DNA from: Synechococcus elongatus PCC 6301
GTDB taxonomy: Bacteria; Cyanobacteriota; Cyanobacteriia; Synechococcales; Synechococcaceae
DNA: 32,000 nucleotides
Direction: 5' to 3'
Assembly (NCBI RefSeq): GCF_000010065.1
Contig: NC_006576.1
Span: 1,350,001-1,382,000, forward strand
In this document: piece by piece, positions 26,244 through 32,000 of the stretch
How positions within the stretch are numbered: the first letter of the stretch is position 1
Layout: every line of letters starts with the position of its first letter
Notes under the pieces: model-generated
The model's database searches: none
The model's input: only the letters and a program-made list of their open reading frames with translations
Told to the model about the DNA's origin: nothing
Translations under genes and position numbers: made by a program

Positions 26244-27383
26244 TCAGCGCACTCCCCAGCGTTGGAGACGCTGTTGCAGCCCATTCATGCCTGCCGAGAT
26301 CACAGCGTTGATCGCGAGATAGGTCAGCATCAGAATCAAGAACACTTCCACCGGTCGCCCAGTTTGATTGAGGGTGGTCTGCGCCGTGGCATAGAGATCG
26401 GGATAGCCGACTGCGATCGCCAAGCTCGAGTTTTTAGCAAAACCTACGTACTGACTATTGAGCGAGGGCACAATCACCCGCAGGGCCTGGGGCACCACGA
26501 TCTGCCAAAGCGTTTGGCTACGGGTCAAGCCCAGAGCGGCGGCCGCTTCCCATTGACCAGCCGGCACCGAGAGAATACCGCCACGAATGATTTCCGTAAT
26601 AAAAGCGCCGGTATAGGCGACCAGCCCTAGCAGCAGCGCGGTGAACTCCAGCGAGAGCCGTAGACCCCCGCGAATTTGGCCTGGTTGCAGTTGCTGCGGC
26701 CAGCTTAGTTGGGTCAGCAGCATCAGCACGGTAACCACCGCGATCGCGCCGTAAAGCCAGCGCCAATCCCGAGGCGATCGCTGCCGTTGGGCGAGCCAGC
26801 TGACGAACAAGACCAGGGCGATCGCCAGAATCACAACCAGCCAGCCCGGCGTCTGCGGCCAAGGAAGATAGATGCCCTGTTTGCTGAGATAGAGACTGCC
26901 CAGCCAATGCCAAGGCTGCTGGGCGGCCGGCAAACTGAGCAGAATCGGGAAGTACCAGACAATCAACTGCAGCAGCAAAGGCGTGTTGCGCACCACCGCC
27001 ACATAACCCCGGCTGAGTTGGCGCAGCAACCAGTTTTCGGAAAAGGCCGCAACTCCAGCGAGCGTCCCTATCACGGTTGTCAGGATCAGCCCGATCGCAA
27101 TCACACGCAGACTATTGACTAAGCCAACGACCAGAGCACGGGCGTAACTATCTGCTGTTCGATAGGCGATCGCCGATTCCCCGATATTGAAGCCTGCCGA
27201 CTGATCGAGCCAGTCAAAGCTAAGGCTCAAGCCCCGCTGCGATAAGTTGTAGACCAGGTTATCAACCAGCCAGATTGCACCTAGGCCCACAACCAGCAGC
27301 ACGAGTAACTGCCAGACCCAGCGCCAGAGACGTTCATCTCGCCAGAACGGTCCTTGTAATTTCAGACGAAAGGGCATAGCCAA
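26244..27383 (-). CDS. natG: Amino-acid ABC transporter permease (AapQ/NatG-like)
   Basis: Polytopic, with the loop GGILSVPAGQWEAAAALGLTRSQ. It directly abuts the binding-protein gene with no intergenic base. Confidence 0.8.
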   Translation of the reverse strand: MAMPFRLKLQGPFWRDERLWRWVWQLLVLLVVGLGAIWLVDNLVYNLSQRGLSLSFDWLDQSAGFNIGESAIAYRTADSYARALVVGLVNSLRVIAIGLILTTVIGTLAGVAAFSENWLLRQLSRGYVAVVRNTPLLLQLIVWYFPILLSLPAAQQPWHWLGSLYLSKQGIYLPWPQTPGWLVVILAIALVLFVSWLAQRQRSPRDWRWLYGAIAVVTVLMLLTQLSWPQQLQPGQIRGGLRLSLEFTALLLGLVAYTGAFITEIIRGGILSVPAGQWEAAAALGLTRSQTLWQIVVPQALRVIVPSLNSQYVGFAKNSSLAIAVGYPDLYATAQTTLNQTGRPVEVFLILMLTYLAINAVISAGMNGLQQRLQRWGVR

Positions 27384-28463
27384 TTAGCGGAACGGCGGCG
27401 AGTAGAGCAAACCACCATTCTTATAGAGCTGGTTGAGGCCCCGATTCAATTTCAGCGGCGACTGCTGCCCAACGTTACGCTCATAAATTTCGCCGTAGTT
27501 CCCCACCGCTTTGATGGCGCGATAGGCAAAGTCATTGCTCAGCCCCAGCTGTTGCCCGAGTTCACCCTCGAGCCCAAGGAAGCGGCGAATCTCAGGGTTC
27601 TTCGAGGTTTTGAACTGATCGATGTTGGCTTGGGTGATACCAAACTCCTCCGCCTGAATCGTGGCATTGACCACCCATTTGACAACGTCAAACCAAGGCG
27701 AGTCATTGTTGAGGGTGGCTGGGCTCAGCGGCTCTTTGGAGATCACTGCATCCAGCAATTGGTGCTGATCGGCATCGGACAAGGTCGTCCGACGGGCGGC
27801 CAGCTGAGAGCGATCGGAGGTTACCCCCTCACAACGGCCTTGGGCATAGGCAGCGTAGTTGGCATCGGAGTTCGGAAATTTAATCTCCTGATATTGGACA
27901 CCCAGCTCGCGCATCGTGTCCGCCAGATTGAGTTCCGATGTGGTGCCCGTCTCCACGCAGATTGACTTGCCCTGAAAATCCTGCAGCGATTGGATGCCAC
28001 TATTGCGCCGCACCATCAACCCTTGGCCGTCATAGAAAGTGGTTGGCGCAAACTCAAGGTTGTTGCCGCCCTTGGCATCGCGACTCAGGGTCCAAGTGGT
28101 GTTGCGCGAGAGCAAATCGACTTCACCACTTGCTAAGGCTGGAAACCGTTCAACAGAATCGAGACTGCGGTATTCGATCGCCTTGGGATCATTGAACAGT
28201 GCTGCGGCGATCGCCTTACAAATGTCGACATCCAAGCCACTGTAATTGCCCTGGGAATCAAGGAAGCTAAAGCCAGGCAGTCGGCCTTCAACTCCGCAGA
28301 GCAACTTACCGCGCGCCTGCACTTGGTTGAGGCGACTATTGCTCTCAGTCTCATTGCCACCCAAGCTACGACAGGCTGCTAGCGGTAAAAAGCAAAGCAG
28401 TACCAAAAGAAAGCGCGAGGCGATCGCAGGCATGGGTCCGCCGGATAAAAGGATCGCCTTCAT
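27384..28463 (-). CDS. natF: Periplasmic amino-acid-binding lipoprotein (AapJ/NatF-like, family 3 SBP)
   Basis: Signal peptide with lipobox LAAC, and a family-3 solute-binding fold of about 340 aa. An alternative start is the ATG at 28433. Confidence 0.85.
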   Translation of the reverse strand: MKAILLSGGPMPAIASRFLLVLLCFLPLAACRSLGGNETESNSRLNQVQARGKLLCGVEGRLPGFSFLDSQGNYSGLDVDICKAIAAALFNDPKAIEYRSLDSVERFPALASGEVDLLSRNTTWTLSRDAKGGNNLEFAPTTFYDGQGLMVRRNSGIQSLQDFQGKSICVETGTTSELNLADTMRELGVQYQEIKFPNSDANYAAYAQGRCEGVTSDRSQLAARRTTLSDADQHQLLDAVISKEPLSPATLNNDSPWFDVVKWVVNATIQAEEFGITQANIDQFKTSKNPEIRRFLGLEGELGQQLGLSNDFAYRAIKAVGNYGEIYERNVGQQSPLKLNRGLNQLYKNGGLLYSPPFR

Positions 28464-28654
28464 TCAATCACGTCTTGCCGGTTCTACCAGCCTGCCCAGC
28501 CAACGGCTGAGCCGAATTTGATCTGCATGGGATCCCAAACCTGATCTGAGAAGAGCATTGCAAAGCACTACGGCTTTCTTTCATTCCTCTTAAGGCCGAT
28601 CGACCGCCGTGATCCCCTGTCTATAGTCAGGGCAATTCCCCTCTCCCGGCTACC

Positions 28655-29716
28655 ATGTCCAAAATTCGTGTTGGAATTAACGGCTTTGGCCGTATTGGTC
28701 GTCTCTGCTTACGGGCTGGATTTGATGATCCGCAACTCGATTTTGTTGCGATTAACGACCTCGTTCCGGCCAAAAATCTTGCCTATCTTCTTCACTACGA
28801 CTCCACCCACGGCCGCCTACAACAAACAGTGCGGGCAGAAGAAGATCGCATTTGTGCCGGCGATCGCTGCATTCAATGTTTCTCCGAAACTGATCCGGCA
28901 GCTATTCCTTGGGGGGAGTTAGGGGTTGATGTGGTGATTGAGGCTACGGGGCGCTTCACCGATTACGCTGCCGCCAGTCGCCACCTGGAAGCAGGCGCTC
29001 AACGGGTAGTGATTTCGGCCCCGACCTCGGAGAAAGATCCCGATCGCGTTCCCACCTTCGTCTACGGCGTCAATCATCAGAACTACGACCCGCAACAGCA
29101 TCGCATTCTCTCCAACGCCAGCTGCACCACCAACTGCCTGGCTCCGATCGCCAAGGTGCTTCAAGAGCACTGCGGGATTGAAGACGGTCTGATGACTACC
29201 ATCCATGCGGTCACCGCCACCCAACCAACTGTCGATGGACCCAGCCGTAAAGATATGCGCGGCGGGCGCAGTGCGGCTCAAAACATCATTCCGGCCAGTA
29301 CGGGCGCTGCCAAAGCCGTGGGCTTGGTGCTGCCCGAACTCCAGGGTCACCTGACCGGTATGGCGTTGCGGGTTCCGACGGCGGATGTCTCGGTGGTGGA
29401 TCTGACCTTCCGTAGCCGCCAATCCACCACCTATGCCGCCATCTGTGAGGTGATGCAAAAGGCGGCCAACACCCAACTCCAAGGCATCCTGGGCTATACC
29501 GAGGATGACCTCGTTTCGAGTGACTTTATTGGCGATGCTCGGTCCAGCATTTTTGATGCCACGGCAGGCATGGCTCTCAACGATCGCTTCTTCAAAGTGA
29601 TCGCTTGGTACGACAACGAATGGGGATACAGCAACCGCATGTTGGATCTGATTCGTTATATGCGGAGCGTTGAGCAGCAGCCAGCCTGGGCTCCGCGTTC
29701 TTTGACCCCTGCGTAG
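28655..29716 (+). CDS. gap1: Glyceraldehyde-3-phosphate dehydrogenase (glycolytic Gap1 type)
   Basis: INGFGRIGR Rossmann motif and [12 protein letters not shown] active site. It sits 11 nt upstream of glgP. The Gap1 versus Gap2 assignment is from recall and context. Confidence 0.9.
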   Translation: MSKIRVGINGFGRIGRLCLRAGFDDPQLDFVAINDLVPAKNLAYLLHYDSTHGRLQQTVRAEEDRICAGDRCIQCFSETDPAAIPWGELGVDVVIEATGRFTDYAAASRHLEAGAQRVVISAPTSEKDPDRVPTFVYGVNHQNYDPQQHRILSNASCTTNCLAPIAKVLQEHCGIEDGLMTTIHAVTATQPTVDGPSRKDMRGGRSAAQNIIPASTGAAKAVGLVLPELQGHLTGMALRVPTADVSVVDLTFRSRQSTTYAAICEVMQKAANTQLQGILGYTEDDLVSSDFIGDARSSIFDATAGMALNDRFFKVIAWYDNEWGYSNRMLDLIRYMRSVEQQPAWAPRSLTPA

Positions 29717-29727
29717 GTAGTGCCCCG

Positions 29728-32000
29728 ATGAGTGATTCCACCGCCCAACTCAGCTACGACCCCACCACGAGCTACCTCGAGCCCAGTGGCTTGGTCTGTG
29801 AGGATGAACGGACTTCTGTGACTCCCGAGACCTTGAAACGGGCTTACGAGGCCCATCTCTACTACAGCCAGGGCAAAACCTCAGCGATCGCCACCCTGCG
29901 TGATCACTACATGGCACTGGCCTACATGGTCCGCGATCGCCTCCTGCAACGGTGGCTAGCTTCACTGTCGACCTATCAACAACAGCACGTCAAAGTGGTC
30001 TGTTACCTGTCCGCTGAGTTTTTGATGGGTCGGCACCTCGAAAACTGCCTGATCAACCTGCATCTTCACGACCGCGTTCAGCAAGTTTTGGATGAACTGG
30101 GTCTCGATTTTGAGCAACTGCTAGAGAAAGAGGAAGAACCCGGGCTAGGCAACGGTGGCCTCGGTCGCCTCGCAGCTTGTTTCCTCGACTCCATGGCTAC
30201 CCTCGACATTCCTGCCGTCGGCTATGGCATTCGCTATGAGTTCGGTATCTTCCACCAAGAACTCCACAACGGCTGGCAGATCGAAATCCCCGATAACTGG
30301 CTGCGCTTTGGCAACCCTTGGGAGCTAGAGCGGCGCGAACAGGCCGTGGAAATTAAGTTGGGCGGCCACACGGAGGCCTACCACGATGCGCGAGGCCGCT
30401 ACTGCGTCTCTTGGATCCCCGATCGCGTCATTCGCGCCATCCCCTACGACACCCCCGTACCGGGCTACGACACCAATAACGTCAGCATGTTGCGGCTCTG
30501 GAAGGCTGAGGGCACCACGGAACTCAACCTTGAGGCTTTCAACTCAGGCAACTACGACGATGCGGTTGCCGACAAAATGTCGTCGGAAACGATCTCGAAG
30601 GTGCTCTATCCCAACGACAACACCCCCCAAGGGCGGGAACTGCGGCTGGAGCAGCAGTATTTCTTCGTCTCGGCTTCGCTCCAAGACATCATCCGTCGCC
30701 ACTTGATGAACCACGGTCATCTTGAGCGGCTGCATGAGGCGATCGCAGTCCAGCTTAACGACACCCATCCCAGCGTGGCGGTGCCGGAGTTGATGCGCCT
30801 CCTGATCGATGAGCATCACCTGACTTGGGACAATGCTTGGACGATTACACAGCGCACCTTCGCCTACACCAACCACACGCTGCTACCTGAAGCCTTGGAA
30901 CGCTGGCCCGTGGGCATGTTCCAGCGCACTTTACCGCGCTTGATGGAGATTATCTACGAAATCAACTGGCGCTTCTTGGCCAATGTGCGGGCCTGGTATC
31001 CCGGTGACGACACGAGAGCTCGCCGCCTCTCCCTGATTGAGGAAGGAGCTGAGCCCCAGGTGCGCATGGCTCACCTCGCCTGCGTGGGCAGTCATGCCAT
31101 CAACGGTGTGGCAGCCCTGCATACGCAACTGCTCAAGCAAGAAACCCTGCGAGATTTCTACGAGCTTTGGCCCGAGAAATTCTTCAACATGACCAACGGT
31201 GTGACGCCCCGCCGCTGGCTGCTGCAAAGTAATCCTCGCCTAGCCAACCTGATCAGCGATCGCATTGGCAATGACTGGATTCATGATCTCAGGCAACTGC
31301 GACGGCTGGAAGACAGCGTGAACGATCGCGAGTTTTTACAGCGCTGGGCAGAGGTCAAGCACCAAAATAAGGTCGATCTGAGCCGCTACATCTACCAGCA
31401 GACTCGCATAGAAGTCGATCCGCACTCTCTCTTTGATGTGCAAGTCAAACGGATTCACGAATACAAACGCCAGCTCCTCGCTGTCATGCATATCGTGACG
31501 CTCTACAACTGGCTGAAGCACAATCCCCAGCTCAACCTGGTGCCGCGCACTTTTATCTTTGCGGGCAAAGCGGCCCCGGGTTACTACCGTGCCAAGCAAA
31601 TCGTCAAACTGATCAATGCGGTCGGGAGCATCATCAACCATGATCCCGATGTCCAAGGGCGACTGAAGGTCGTCTTCCTACCTAACTTCAACGTTTCCTT
31701 GGGGCAGCGCATTTATCCAGCTGCCGATTTGTCGGAGCAAATCTCAACTGCAGGGAAAGAAGCGTCCGGCACCGGCAACATGAAGTTCACCATGAATGGC
31801 GCGCTGACAATCGGAACCTACGATGGTGCCAACATCGAGATCCGCGAGGAAGTCGGCCCCGAAAACTTCTTCCTGTTTGGCCTGCGAGCCGAAGATATCG
31901 CCCGACGCCAAAGTCGGGGCTATCGACCTGTGGAGTTCTGGAGCAGCAATGCGGAACTGCGGGCAGTCCTCGATCGCTTTAGCAGTGGTCACTTCACACC
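29728..32000 (+). CDS. glgP: Glycogen phosphorylase (3' end lies outside the window)
   Basis: Hand translation from the ATG at 29728 (MSDSTAQLSYDP...). It contains EEPGLGNGGLGRLAACFLDSMATL and the PLP-lysine signature EASGTGNMKF. It is absent from the ORF track because no stop codon lies in the window. Confidence 0.95.
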   Translation, partial: MSDSTAQLSYDPTTSYLEPSGLVCEDERTSVTPETLKRAYEAHLYYSQGKTSAIATLRDHYMALAYMVRDRLLQRWLASLSTYQQQHVKVVCYLSAEFLMGRHLENCLINLHLHDRVQQVLDELGLDFEQLLEKEEEPGLGNGGLGRLAACFLDSMATLDIPAVGYGIRYEFGIFHQELHNGWQIEIPDNWLRFGNPWELERREQAVEIKLGGHTEAYHDARGRYCVSWIPDRVIRAIPYDTPVPGYDTNNVSMLRLWKAEGTTELNLEAFNSGNYDDAVADKMSSETISKVLYPNDNTPQGRELRLEQQYFFVSASLQDIIRRHLMNHGHLERLHEAIAVQLNDTHPSVAVPELMRLLIDEHHLTWDNAWTITQRTFAYTNHTLLPEALERWPVGMFQRTLPRLMEIIYEINWRFLANVRAWYPGDDTRARRLSLIEEGAEPQVRMAHLACVGSHAINGVAALHTQLLKQETLRDFYELWPEKFFNMTNGVTPRRWLLQSNPRLANLISDRIGNDWIHDLRQLRRLEDSVNDREFLQRWAEVKHQNKVDLSRYIYQQTRIEVDPHSLFDVQVKRIHEYKRQLLAVMHIVTLYNWLKHNPQLNLVPRTFIFAGKAAPGYYRAKQIVKLINAVGSIINHDPDVQGRLKVVFLPNFNVSLGQRIYPAADLSEQISTAGKEASGTGNMKFTMNGALTIGTYDGANIEIREEVGPENFFLFGLRAEDIARRQSRGYRPVEFWSSNAELRAVLDRFSSGHFT

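Larger units (their letters stand above)
1..32000. repeat. HIP1 (highly iterated palindrome GCGATCGC) dispersed throughout
   Basis: About 85 exact copies by manual scan (an approximate count), in both coding and intergenic DNA. None occur between about 369 and 1650, which includes the TA cassette. Confidence 0.9.

Noticed and set aside
28919-29482. 187-aa minus-strand ORF antisense to gap1
   Set aside because: It lies inside the unambiguous GAPDH coding sequence.
30386-31992. Several 82-110 aa ORFs on both strands within 30386-31992
   Set aside because: All lie inside the hand-verified glgP reading frame, which is missing from the ORF track only because it has no in-window stop.
1-32000. 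Search for tRNA/rRNA genes, CRISPR arrays, IS elements or inverted terminal repeats
   Set aside because: I saw no T-loop/acceptor patterns, no regularly spaced direct repeats of 25-40 bp, and no transposase- or integrase-like ORFs. The only pervasive repeat is the 8-bp HIP1.

Overview
This is a cyanobacterial chromosomal segment, about 55% GC judged by eye. It is saturated with the HIP1 octamer GCGATCGC: I counted about 85 copies by manual scan, roughly one per 375 bp. That density plus the gene content and order point to a Synechococcus elongatus-type genome; this is recall, not a search result. The genes include glcD, coaE, hemD, cobA, rsmG, uppS-cdaA-lysA, rimI, clpC, gyrA, cp12, an Aap/NatFGH-BgtA-type amino-acid ABC transporter, and gap1-glgP. 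I can support about 36 protein-coding genes, densely packed and often overlapping by a few nucleotides, and almost all housekeeping. I found no rRNA, tRNA, CRISPR array or IS element. I do not see a convincing novel multi-gene system. The observations most worth a second look are: (1) an AT-rich HepT/MntA (HEPN/MNT) toxin-antitoxin cassette wedged between glcD and coaE; (2) a near-consensus HLR1 (RpaB box) upstream of a predicted promoter for an uncharacterised Pro/Ala/Thr-rich protein; (3) a one-base frameshift that splits an M20D amidohydrolase gene; (4) an unannotated 45-codon ORF with a strong Shine-Dalgarno sequence in the largest intergenic gap; (5) a six-gene, nearly gapless minus-strand cluster joining the ABC transporter to a pentapeptide-repeat protein and a DnaQ-like exonuclease. 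All functional calls rest on recognising motifs in the translations. No homology search could be run.
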